Positions 20,063 to 29,979 of a stretch of DNA of 64,000 bases are shown piece by piece. Every line of letters begins with the position of its first letter. Position 1 is the first letter of the stretch. Made by a program: the position numbers and the translations under genes. This DNA comes from an uncultured Acidobacteriota bacterium (GTDB lineage Bacteria > Acidobacteriota > Vicinamibacteria > Vicinamibacterales > UBA2999): contig CAWCBC010000013.1 in the NCBI GenBank assembly GCA_963793705.1, positions 14,600-78,599 of the forward strand, given 5' to 3'. The notes below the pieces were generated by a model. It did no database searches, was not told the DNA's origin, and saw only the letters and a program-made list of their open reading frames with translations.

Positions 20063-21258
20063 TCACATCCCCGAGTATGCAAACAAGGTTATTGGTGTCA
20101 CCGAGTGTAAACCTTCGGCGTCCGCGGCAGCAACCCGCGGCAGCAGACCCTGGCCAAAGAGGGCGCTCGTGTTCTGGTACGTCTCTTTGTCGCGGAGGGG
20201 GCACTCCCCCGGCGTGGTGGTCAACCCCTCGAGCGGGAAATCGGGTAGAGCGAGACGTTGCTGGCGTTCGCGTGGGCGGCAATCTCGCGGAGGCGGTCAC
20301 GGTGATCGAGCGACGATAGCGTCAGCAGGTCAGCTGTCACACTCACGGAACGTGGCCTCCGACCTGGTGACGACGCCGCGCTCGGTGATCACGCCGACGT
20401 CGTCGCGCCCGCGGCCGCCAAGCGGATTCCGTGGCAACCTCGGTTCGTTGTCACGCGGCGCCAAACCCGGGTTCTCGGTGAAGATCGGCCAGCCGACCGT
20501 GATCGCAAACACGTGTTCCGGCTCCTGACGCAGCGCGCAAAGGTGGCCGATGAGGTCGTCGAGCGCGTCAAAGGTCATCTTCTCGAAATGGCGTGCCGTG
20601 ATCTCCGGGGCAGGGGTGTAGCCGCGCGCATCCGGCGGGTAGCACGCGTCGTACAGCATGCTTTTGGGATCGCGGAGCATGCCCGGGTCGGGGTAGAGCT
20701 CGCGAGTCGTCCACGTGCCTTCGAGGCGGGCCAGCCCGGGAAGACCATGGTGGAAAGACAGATCGATTGCGCGCTCTCGGCGTCATCAGCGCGACAAGGT
20801 CGTCGGCCCGAACAGCCGTTGGAGCGTCTTGAATATGGGAAACCGCGCCTGCACACTGGGGCCCCGCTCGGCGCCGTAACCCAGGATGTAGCCGGTGTGT
20901 CGACGATCGAGGAACACGACAACGCTCTCGACCGCGGGTCCGCGACGGCCTCCAGACTGCGCGCGAGCGTGCGCGGCGCGACGGTCGGCGCCGAGCCTGG
21001 CCGCGCATAGGTGATGCGCTCGAACGTTTGAATCGTCTCACGTACGCCGTCCTCGGAGATGCCACCTCGTCGCGCGTCACGTCCGCGACAGGCTCTCCGT
21101 CTCGCGTGACATGAACGTCCACGCGCACCGCTGCGACCCGACACGAAGGTTGGCTGTTGAGGAGCTGCGTCGGACGGCTCGATAGCCTCGCGTCGTGGCA
21201 ACCGCAGCGAGAGCTGCCGCGCCGATACAACGAACATTTTCAGCCGCGGCGGCATCAA
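20063..21258 (-). pseudogene. TIGR03436-like VWFA-related Acidobacterial domain protein, at least 6 frame changes
   Basis: Pieces across three frames: VRVDVHVTRDGEPVADVTRDEVA / ISEDGVRETIQTFERITYARPG / VVVFLDRRHTGYILGYG / IDLSFHHGLPGLARLEGTW...FAITVGWPIF / LREIAAHANASNVSLYPI / LEGLTTTPGE... This follows the order of the family as I recall it. Confidence 0.5.
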
Positions 21259-21304
21259 TGGCTCCAGCGTGGCAGGCGCAGGCGACGCCAGAGTAGCACG
21301 CTCG

Positions 21305-22592
21305 CTACTGCGGCTCGATCTTCAGCGGCGCCCCCCTGGCGCTCTTCGGTGAGCAGATCGATCGTGCCGTCGGGCGCCTGCTTCACGGCGCGGATACGCT
21401 GGCGCAGATCGGTAAGCATCATCTCGCGGCGAATATTCGTCGCCATTGGCGTTGAAGACGATCCGCTGCATGTGACCCGTGTTCGCGATTTCGCCATAGC
21501 GCATCGAGCCCACCAGCGCATTCCCTTTCCACTGGGGGAACCTGTCGCCGGTGTCAGAACAGCAGGTCGGAGACGGCAATCGACGGCATCCAGTAGACGA
21601 TCGGCCGCTCGATGCCGTCCTTCTCGAACTTCCCCTGCCACGGACCGTCGTAGTCGCGCCCGAGGCTGACCTCCGGCCATCCGTAATTGCGTCCCGGCAG
21701 GATGATGTTCAGCTCGTCGCCGCCATTCGGCCCGTGTTCGGCCGACCAGAGCGCGCCGTTGACGGGATGAATCGTCAGGCCAAGCTGGTTGCGGTGGCCC
21801 ATCGAGTAAATATCGGGCCGGTATCCCGCTTTGCCAGCAAACGGATTTCCCGGCGCTGGCTTGCCCTCGTCCGTGAGACGCATGACTTTGCCGCGCAGGC
21901 TGTCTGGCTCCTGCGACTCGCGCGTGTCCGGCGTCAATCCTGTGGCCCAGAAGACGAAGCCGTCTCGATCGAACACGAGGCGTGAGGCAGCACCGCCGGC
22001 GCCATTCCACCACGGCTCCGCGGCGATCAGCTCCTGCACGTTCGTCAGCGCGGTGCCGCCTGCCCCGAGCGAGGTCGAGAGGTCGAGGCGGCCGCGGCCG
22101 AGCGCGCTCATGATCATGCCCTTGCCGTCGGTCTTGCTGTAGGTGAAGTAGAGCAGCTTGTTCTCGGCAAACTTCGGATGGAGCGCGATGTCCTGCAGAC
22201 CGCCGAGGCGTTGTGCGCCGATGGGCGGGAGCCCGGTGACAGCCGTCGGCTCCAACACGCCGTTACGAATGATGCGCAGCCGGCCTGGCCGTTCGGTGAC
22301 GAGCATGCTGCCATCTGGAAGGAACTCGAGATCCCACGGATTCTGCAGCCCCTTCGTGACAACGCTGAGCCGGAACTTCACGCCTTCAGCGACGGCGTAA
22401 TTCCACGGTCCATCGCCAAGCGGCTCGCGCGGAATGCCGGAGGGTGGTGGCGGCGCCCCGCCCGCTCGCCCGCCGGGCGGTCCCCCGGCCCTGCCCGCCG
22501 GCTGTCCGGCAGGCGGCTGCTGCGCGAGGACAGATGCACCAGGGCACAGACCGCAAGAAGCGCCGGCAGACAGAGCGGAGTGGGTGTTTCAT
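21305..22592 (-). CDS. PQQ-dependent soluble sugar (glucose/sorbosone) dehydrogenase, secreted; several frame corrections
   Basis: Core 21554..22381: GLQNPWDLEFLPDGSMLVTERPGRLRII...HGPNGGDELNII..GRNYGWP. The tail is continued in 21322..21579 and 21255..22013 (QRIRAVKQAPDGTIDLLTEE), ending APLKIEPQ* at 21305 after the C6 run 21331-21336. The N-terminal signal peptide starts at ATG 22592. Confidence 0.8.
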
Positions 22593-22603
22593 GGGCGCAG
22601 AGG

Positions 22604-23411
22604 CTAGGCGAACACGAGAGAGGCCGACGCTAAAGGTCGGCCTCGTACCGGCATCGTGGACTTCGTGGTTTGAATCAGCTCGGTGATCAGAGGAAAGTGA
22701 TCGGACGCCTCGCGAACCTCGTTCGCCGAGAACACCTGACACCGTGACACGCGGCCGACACATGGCTGCGGCACGAAGAGGTAGTCGAGCCGCACGTGCG
22801 GATCCCACGTTGGAAAGGTGTGTCCGACGAGATCGGGATTCAACGCACGGAACGCGTCGACATATCCCGCATCCAGCACGCCTTGTATCGTGCGCCAGCG
22901 GACCTTCCCGCCGCTCAACCAGACCAGCGCACGCAGGCGCGTGGGCAGCCTGGTGAAGTCCAGGAGCTCGCCGGGCGCGAGCGTGTTGAAATCGCCGACG
23001 AGCACGTGCGGCCCGTGCTGATGCTGCTGGATCGCCAGCAGCAGCGCGCGAAGCTCGTACCGCCTCCGATGCTCAGTCCACGCCGCGTGCACGGCGCTCA
23101 GATGGACGCCCACAATCCGCCACGCGCCTCCAGCCGGGACGATCTCGATGAAGGCGTGGCGCGAGACGCGCGGCTTCCGCCATTCCACATGGTCGAGCGG
23201 CTGCCGCGAGAGGTAGCCGAGCGACTGGCCGCGGCGCGAGCCCCAGTAGGCGAGGCCGGTATCGTGCGCCAGCTGCTCGATCACCAGCGGGCTTGGCGGC
23301 CTCCTGCAAGACGACCACGTCGGGATGCGCAGCGCGAATCACGCCCGCCAGCGCCGCTTCGCGCCCACTGCCACCGTGGCGGATGTTGTAGGACAGGATG
23401 CGAATCGTCAC
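22604..23411 (-). CDS. Endonuclease/exonuclease/phosphatase (EEP) family protein; one frame correction near 23285
   Basis: MTIRILSYNIRHGG...HPDVVVLQE (23073..23411) continues as VGVHLSAV...LVGDFNTL...SDHFPLITEL (22604..23284). These are the canonical EEP motifs. Confidence 0.8.
22620..22648. repeat. REP-like hairpin GAGGCCGAC-loop-GTCGGCCTC followed by GTAC
   Basis: 9-bp stem 22620-22628 / 22636-22644. Same stem family as 7725 and others. Lies inside the last codons of the EEP ORF as printed. Confidence 0.6.
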
Positions 23412-23881
23412 GCGTCTTCGCTGTTCTCAATCAGCGTCACGTACGGCTGGCCGAGCGTCTCGCCGCGAAACGTCATGGCTGCCTTGCGTGTCGCCTGAAT
23501 GTTGACGGGCCGGCCGGTCATCACCATCAGCGCCTCGCGGAGCGGGACCAAGTCGGGCGCAATGTTCGGGTCTTCGTCCGAGAGCGGACGCGAATGGACG
23601 CCGGGCATGAAGAAGCCGGTCACCGTGAAAAGGCCGATGGCCTGATCGCCGACGAGCGTCACGTCGAGGTCGCTGGTGCCGGGGCCATCGGCATCGAACG
23701 GGGCGCCATCTTTCCATCGCTGGCCGGTGACCGCGCTGCCGCGCAGCACGACGCCGGTGCCCGGCGGGATTTCCTGACGGAGCACGCGCATGAATTCCTC
23801 GAGCCGATCCTCGTCACCGCCAAAAGCCAGTCGCAGGACGTTCGCGCGCCTCTCCGCGTCGCTCAGTTCGCGCGCGTCCAT
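23408..23881 (-). CDS. Small nucleotidyltransferase-fold protein (pol-beta superfamily-like)
   Basis: VVLRGSAVTG...GTSDLDVTLVG resembles the G-S...D-x-D nucleotidyltransferase motif. Its stop overlaps the EEP start (GTGA at 23408-23411). Confidence 0.55.
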   Translation of the reverse strand: MDARELSDAERRANVLRLAFGGDEDRLEEFMRVLRQEIPPGTGVVLRGSAVTGQRWKDGAPFDADGPGTSDLDVTLVGDQAIGLFTVTGFFMPGVHSRPLSDEDPNIAPDLVPLREALMVMTGRPVNIQATRKAAMTFRGETLGQPYVTLIENSEDA

Positions 23882-23898
23882 ATGCTAAGCTCAGCACG

Positions 23899-24270
23899 AT
23901 GCCCTTCGTGATTACTGACCCGTGCATCGGCACGAAAGACTCCGCCTGCGTTGACGTCTGCCCCGTGGACTGCATTCACCCGCGCAAGGACGAGCCGGAG
24001 TTCGAGACCGCCGCGATGCTCTACATCCACCCCGAGGAATGCATCGACTGCGGCGCGTGCGTGCCGGCCTGTCCGGTGGCCGCGATCTATGACGGCATCG
24101 ACTCGACGCCTGCCAGCCAGAAGAGCCTGATCGAGGCGAACGCGATCTACCGCGCCGGCGATGCGGACGCCGTGGCGCGCGCGGAGGCGATCGTCCAGTC
24201 GCACCAGGCCTCGCACCCCGACCTGATGGCGGTCCCTCCGGCGGAACGGGCGACCAAGCACGGGAAGTAA
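23899..24270 (+). CDS. 7Fe/2x[4Fe-4S]-type ferredoxin
   Basis: MPFVITDPCIGTKDSACVDVCPVDCIH...CIDCGACVPACPVAAI shows the canonical Cys clusters. Confidence 0.9.
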   Translation: MPFVITDPCIGTKDSACVDVCPVDCIHPRKDEPEFETAAMLYIHPEECIDCGACVPACPVAAIYDGIDSTPASQKSLIEANAIYRAGDADAVARAEAIVQSHQASHPDLMAVPPAERATKHGK

Positions 24271-24302
24271 GAACTTCCACTGGGCGTTGGGAATCATCGG
24301 AT

Positions 24303-25957
24303 CTACCTGACACGGGTCCGGCTTTTCGACGTCCCCCGCCAGGATCGTCCACGCCATCCAGAAGGCGCCGCCGGCAGCGAAGAGAAACAGCAGCATCGCC
24401 AGCCCGGGATAGCCCAGGATCGTGAACGGCGTCGGCACGCGCATCAGCATCGCGGCGCCGACGATCAACGCGGCCAGGACGAGCCCGAGGGCAATGCGGT
24501 TCGCGACTTTCTGGAAGCCGTCGATGATCGAGCCGTGGTCGATCACTTCGATCTTCAGTCGCAAATCGTTGGCGGCCAGCGCGTCGACGATCCGATTCAT
24601 TCGCGCTGGCAGCCGCTCGGCGAAATCGCGCACTTCGAGCGCCGTCGCGAAGACATTCGCCGGACTCACGCTGTTCAGCATGCGGCGCCGCATCAGTTGC
24701 GTCGCGTTGCGGCGCATCGACGCGTTCACGTCGAACTCCGGATCGAGCAGCGCGGCCGATCTCGTCCAGGTTCAGCAGCGTCTTGCCGAGCAGCGCCAGC
24801 TCAGACGGCATCCGCAGGCCGTGCTGCGTTGCGGCACGGGCCATCTCGAGCATCACCCGCCCGACGTTCAACTCCTTCGCCGCCGCGTCTTGATACCGTC
24901 CAACCAGGTCGACCACGATGCGACGCACCTGCATCTCATCGAAGTCCTCGTGCGTCTCGCCCATGGCGATCACGATCGACGCCGCTTCATCGCCCCGGGC
25001 CTCTGAGATGGCGAGCATCAGCCGGAACAGCCGCTCCTGAAGCGGCTTCGACAGCCGGCCGACCATTCCCAGATCGATCAGCGCCAGCCGATGGTCCGGC
25101 GTCAGCAGAACATTGCCTGGATGGGGATCGGCATGGAAGACGCCGTCAACGAGGATCTGCTGGAGGTAGGCGCGGAACAGGTCGTCGGCGAGCGCAGCAC
25201 CGTCGACCTCGGTCCATTCGACCCGGCTGACCGCGGTGATCTTCGTGCCCTCGATGTAGTCCATCGTCAGCACGCGCGACGTCGTGAAGTCGTCGATCGG
25301 CAGAGGGATGACGATGCGCTCGAAGTCGCGCAGCTGATGTGAGAGGGCGACGAGATTTCGCGCCTCCTCGCGGTAATCGAGCTCCGAGAGAACCGTGCGG
25401 CGGAACTCTTCGAGGACACCCTGAGCATCCACCGCCCGGGTCGCCGCACTGAATCGGCGCATCAACGCGGCGACTTCGTCGAGCGCGTCAAGATCTTTGA
25501 GGACCCGGTCGTGCACGTCCGGTCGCTGCACCTTGATCGCCACCTCACGGCCGTCGCGCATCACCGCGCGATGCACCTGGCCCAGCGACGCTGCCGCGAT
25601 GGGCGCCCGTTCGAACGAGTCGAAGGCCTTCGAGAGCCGCACGCCCAGCTCGTCCTGGATGATGCGCTCGACGTCAGCGAACGGAAAAGGCTCGACGTTG
25701 TCCTGCAGACGCGCGAGCGCCTCGAGGTATGCCGGCGGCAGCAGATCAGCGCGCGTCGAAAGCAGCTGGCCGAGCTTGATGAAGGTGGGACCGAGCTTTT
25801 CCAGATCGGCGGCGAAGGCGAGCGCTTCCGCCGCGTCGCTCTGGATCTCGTTGGCAGGGGTCGTGCCGGAGCCTGTGATGAAGTCCGCGTGCCGGTACTT
25901 CGCGACGAACCGCGCGAAGTCGCGGTACCGGCTGAGCCGGGCTCCGAGTGCCATCAC
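24303..25957 (-). CDS. ABC1/UbiB-family atypical kinase with C-terminal TM segments; frame correction near 24740, 3' end tentative
   Basis: LGPTFIKLGQLLSTRADLLPPAYLEAL...PIAAASLGQVHRA...VAIKVQRP...FHADPHPGNVL...IDLGM. The C-terminal part is in ORF 23863..24729 (two TM). The printed ORFs run antisense through the ferredoxin gene. A shift at C5 24333-24337 would give a stop at 24303. Confidence 0.8.
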
Positions 25958-25986
25958 CGTCGGCAGAGCAACTCATGTACCGCTAG

Positions 25987-26247
25987 TTGGTAAACTCAAC
26001 TGGCGTGGCACGTGGATGGGAAAGCAAGTCGGTCGAGGCACAGCAGGACGCGGCGAACGCACCGCGCTCCAACACGCCTGCGCTGACCCCTGAACAAGCG
26101 GCACAAAAAGCCGAACGCGCCACGCTGATGCTCGCGCGTACTCGCGCGCTCGCCGATCTTCAGAAGGCCTGCGTGGCCGCCCACCGGGCGATGCTCGAAC
26201 AGGCCATCGCCGATCTCGACCAGCGGCTGGCGGCGATCGATTTGTAG
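25987..26247 (+). CDS. Small conserved-looking hypothetical protein (GWESKSVE N-terminus)
   Basis: 86-aa ORF; the real start may be GTG 26005 (MARGWESKSVEAQQ...). The stop TAG 26245-26247 lies inside the GTAG of the following hairpin cluster. Confidence 0.45.
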   Translation: MVNSTGVARGWESKSVEAQQDAANAPRSNTPALTPEQAAQKAERATLMLARTRALADLQKACVAAHRAMLEQAIADLDQRLAAIDL

Positions 26248-26320
26248 GCACCCTTGAAAAGGGTGCCCTACGTCCTCGTAGGGCGACGTCCTCGTAGGGC
26301 GCCCCTTTAGGGGTGCCTCC
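26244..26320. repeat. Cluster of nested REP-like hairpins (GTAG-GCACCC-TTGAAAA-GGGTGC-CCTAC; CCCTAC-GTCCTC-GTAGGG x2; GGCGCCCC-TTTA-GGGGTGCC)
   Basis: Read directly. Lies between convergent genes 25987..26247 (+) and 26323.. (-). Confidence 0.7.
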
Positions 26321-26322
26321 GA

Positions 26323-29300
26323 TTACACACTCATGAGCACCGCGCGCGCTGGCTTCCCTGTCGCCTCCGCAATCGCCTCTGCGTAGAGCTGCACCTGCCG
26401 TGCGTAGCTGGCCTGCAGTTCCCCTTCGGCGCGGTCGGTCTTGAAGTCGATCACCAGGAATCCCTGTTCGGTTTCGAACGCGAGATCGACGTTCCCCTCG
26501 ATCAACTGCCCGTCGCGCACGATGGTGGTCGGCGTTTCCCGGAGGAGCGCGCCACGCTCCGCAGCGCGTCGCGCGTCCGCCAGCAGGCTGTGATTCAACA
26601 CCGTTCTAACCACCTGCTGCGCCGAGGCCACTTCATCGGATGGTGCGGCGACGATGCGGCCCTGGACGGCGACGATCTGATTACTGGTCACCTCATCCGC
26701 GTCGAGCGGCACCGCCGCCAGCGATGCGTGCACCAGCGTGCCGAACCGCGGCCCGGACGGGCGGGGATCGGACTGTCGGCAGCGTCACAACCTCGACTTG
26801 GAACTTGGCACTTGGCACTTGCCACTTGTCACTTCCGCCGCCCCCTCGCCCACTCGGTCGCCGTCCGAACCTTCACCGACGGCTGGGCCGCACGCGTTCG
26901 TGCATCGTCGCGGGTGTTTCGCCACGTGATATAGCGGGCCGTGCCCTCGGCCACGACTTCGAGCGCGACATCCTTCGAGATCAATTCCTGCCGCCGCAGG
27001 CCGAACGGCGGTTCGGCGCCAAGCCGCAGCGCCGCCGGATCCCACCAGACGACATCGAATGGCGGGTCCGCCTCGCCGGCACCGGACCCTTCGACTCTGG
27101 TGCTCTGGAGCTCGGCGGAACCCGCCCCACGGGGATGTTCAGACCGAAATCCTGTGGCTGCCAGGAGCAACCGTCTGCGACGACGCAACGCCCTCATCAG
27201 GCCGCTTCAACACTGAATCCTTCTTGAATGGCGGGCAGCCGGCGGCGCTCGAGGGTTGGCGGCGCGCCTCGACGGCCGGATACAGGGCCTGATCGAGGGG
27301 ACTCAGCCACCCGTCAGACCCGAACGGCTGATCGCCGACGGCCGGGACCACCAACACATCGCGCGCGCGCGTTGCCGCGACATACGCAATCCGAACCCCT
27401 TCCGAGCGCTCGCGTTCCTTCTCCTCAGCGCTCCAGCGGGTCAAGTCCACGGGCGACCATCCGCCGATGCGAACCGCGGCCAAACTCCGGTCGTGATCGA
27501 TGTGACGTGAAGCTTCAAACGGCACCAGCTTCGCCGTCATGTCCGCGAGGATGACGATGGGGAATTCGAGCCCCTTCGCCTTGTGCACGGTCATCAGGCG
27601 GACGCCGTCGCTTCCCTCCTCGACGATCGGCGCTTCACCGGCTTGACCTTCGTCGGCCGCCTGCTGGAGCGCGTCGATGAAGCCGCGGAACGAAATGCCG
27701 CCCGACAACTGGTACTGCCTTGCCAGCTCGGCCACGTGCAGCGCGTTCGCCAGCACCTGCTCACCAGCGCGACGCAGCGCGAAGCCGACGTGCGCACGCG
27801 TGGCATCGAACAAACCAGAGATCGTGTCGGCCACCGCGCGACGGTTTCGCAAGAGGTGCAGCTGCGCCAGCACCCGAAGGGCATCCGCGATCGGCTGAAG
27901 GTGCGTGGGCAGCTCCGGCGGTATCCGAAAGGGATGAAAGGCTTTGGCGTATTTGTGGCGATACTCCAGCAGCTCTTCGTCACCAATCGCGAAGAGCGCG
28001 CCGCGGAGCGTCGCGAAGACGGAGAGCTGATCGTCCGGCCACTCAACCGCCGCCAGCGCCGCGCGGAGCGTTTCGATTTCCTCGCGGCCATGAAAGGCCC
28101 GACCACCGACCAGCAGGTGGTTGACGCCGCGCGCTTCGAGCGCGTCCACGTATGCGCGCGTGATGTCGGTGCCGAAACTGACGAACCGCCGGAACAGCAG
28201 GCAGACGTGGCGCGGCTTCACCGGGATCGGCGGTGCACCATGGTGCTCGGTGACCCGCCATCCACTCTCGTTCACCAGCCAATCGACAAACGCGCCCACG
28301 GCGTCGGGCAGCGAGGCGTCGATGGCCATGCCGGAGATATTCCGCTTGCCGTAGGGCTCAGGGACAGGCAACGCGACGAGGGATGGCTGGCCGTGGAGGT
28401 CGTCGCGCGATTTCGCAAGCGGCACATAGGACGCCTGCAGCGTCTCGCTATCACCGGTCATCAGCGGCGCAAACGCCGCGTTCACGGCGCGCTGCAGGTT
28501 CGGCACGCCGCGGAAACTCGTCGTCAGCCGCTCGCAGCGTGCGCCATGGTCCTGGAGCTGCTGGCACACACGCGAATAGATGCTGACATCCGCGCGTCTG
28601 AACCGGTAAATCGACTGCTTGGGGTCGCCGACGACGAACAGCTTGCCCCGAACGGGCCTCGCGAGTCGCGAGTCGCGCTCGGACGGGTCGTCGGCCGCGA
28701 GCAACAGGAGCAGCTCCGCCTGCAGCGGGTCCGTGTCCTGGAACTCGTCGACGAACAGTCGGGTGAAACGGCGCTGGAAGTGCTCACGAACGTCGGCGCG
28801 GTCGCGGACGAGATCGCGCGCACGCAGCAGCAGGTCGAGGAAGTCGAGCGCGCCATGGGTGGCCTTCAGCCGTTCGTAGCGGTCGATACTTCCCTGCAGT
28901 TCGTGGTGTAACAGGGCCGCCAAATCGGCGTCGGCGTCGGCCTTGAATGTGTCGAGCTGCACCAGCAGCGACTGGTGCGCGGCATGAACATCCGCACGCG
29001 CAAGGCCACGCGCGAATGACGAGCCCATTCCCTTCCGCGCCCGCCGGAAGTCGCGTTCGCGGCACAGATCGACCAGCACCGCTTCAGCCGCATCGTCATC
29101 GCCGGCCGCCATAATCAGGCGGAGCTCATCGCTCGTCCGGCGTGCCGGCGCTGTGTCAACGAACAGCGGGTCGCGCGCGCTCGTCGCCTGCGCGGTGGTC
29201 GCCGCGAATTCGTGGACGCTGGTAACCAGCGCCGCAATCGCGCGATGCCGATCGAAATCAGGTCGTGCCCAGCCCGTCCTGAAGTCGCGCCACTCGACCA

Positions 29301-29979
29301 GGTCCCAGCCCGCCCCCTCAACCGCTCGACCGGCCCATCGTCATTGGCGTCGCCGCCCGGCAGTGGCGACCGCGCCGAGCGACGGAGGGAGCGACGGACG
29401 CCTTCGGGTGTGTTCTCCAGGGCGCCCTGCAGCCACGCATCGAAGGCTTCGGCGTACAGGCGGCGCGCTTCGCTTTCGGTCAGGACGCGGAAGAGCGGGT
29501 CGATGCCCGCTTCGACCGGGCGCTCGCGCAACAGGTCGGCACAAAAGCCATGAATCGTGCTGATGTGGGCCTCTTCGAGGTTCATCAGGGCCGCGTCGAG
29601 ACGTTGCCGCGAGGCTGCATCCAGACCGGATCTCCCGTCCGCCGCTCGAGTTCCTGGCGGAGGCGAAGCTTCAGCTCCCCAGCGGCCTTCTCGGTGAACG
29701 TGACCGCGACGAGATCGCCGACGCCCGCCTTCCCTGTTGCGAGGACGCGAACAATCCGGCGGACCAGCTCAGTGGTCTTGCCCGTGCCGGCCGCAGCCTC
29801 GACCACGAACGTCGAGTCGAGATCGGTGGCGATCGCGTCGCGCGCATCCTGATCGTCGAGCGGAGGAGGTGCACCTGGTCTACCGGAACGCCTTGGCGGC
29901 GTTCCTTCTTGTCTACCGGAATGCCTTGGCGGCGTTCCTCCTTGTCTACCGGAACGCCTTGGCGGCGTTCCTTCTTCAT
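26323..29979 (-). CDS. AddA/UvrD-like helicase with C-terminal PD-(D/E)xK nuclease domain; at least 5 frame changes; may be split before the nuclease domain
   Basis: [30 protein letters not shown] (Walker A), [19 protein letters not shown] (DExx), VHKAKGLEF. Nuclease domain [19 protein letters not shown]...QVQLYAEAI in 26323..26733. Candidate ATG at 29979. Confidence 0.75.
26795..26836. repeat. Heptamer tandem repeat CACTTGG x6 (degenerate) between helicase and nuclease parts of addA-like gene
   Basis: gacttgg aacttgg cacttgg cacttgc cacttgt cacttcc read directly. 42 nt in total. Confidence 0.85.
29878..29976. repeat. Three tandem 33-nt units, each GTCTACC + hairpin GGAACGCC-TTGGC-GGCGTTCC + TTCTT
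   Basis: Units at 29878-29910, 29911-29943 and 29944-29976, with 2 substitutions in the middle unit. On the minus strand they directly follow the candidate addA ATG and read [11 protein letters not shown] x3. Confidence 0.9.

Noticed and set aside
22796-23911. 371-aa plus-strand ORF
   Set aside because: It is antisense to the EEP and nucleotidyltransferase genes, which carry clear motifs, and its text is Arg-rich and low in information.
23863-24302. Continuation of the UbiB-family ORFs through the ferredoxin gene
   Set aside because: The ferredoxin on the opposite strand has perfect Cys-cluster motifs. The antisense text is Arg-rich. A one-base shift at the C5 run gives a stop at 24303, just after the last TM.
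27583-28911. 442-aa plus-strand ORF, with many similar ones (3944..4861, 5694..6767, 37762..38643, 38141..39850, 47652..48887, 49703..51190)
   Set aside because: All overlap opposite-strand genes that have canonical motifs. They show shadow-ORF composition (Arg/Ala/Gly/Pro) and lack start context.
29878-29976. Tandem 33-nt palindromic repeats considered as a CRISPR array
   Set aside because: The units are directly adjacent with no spacers, there are only three copies, and no cas genes are nearby.
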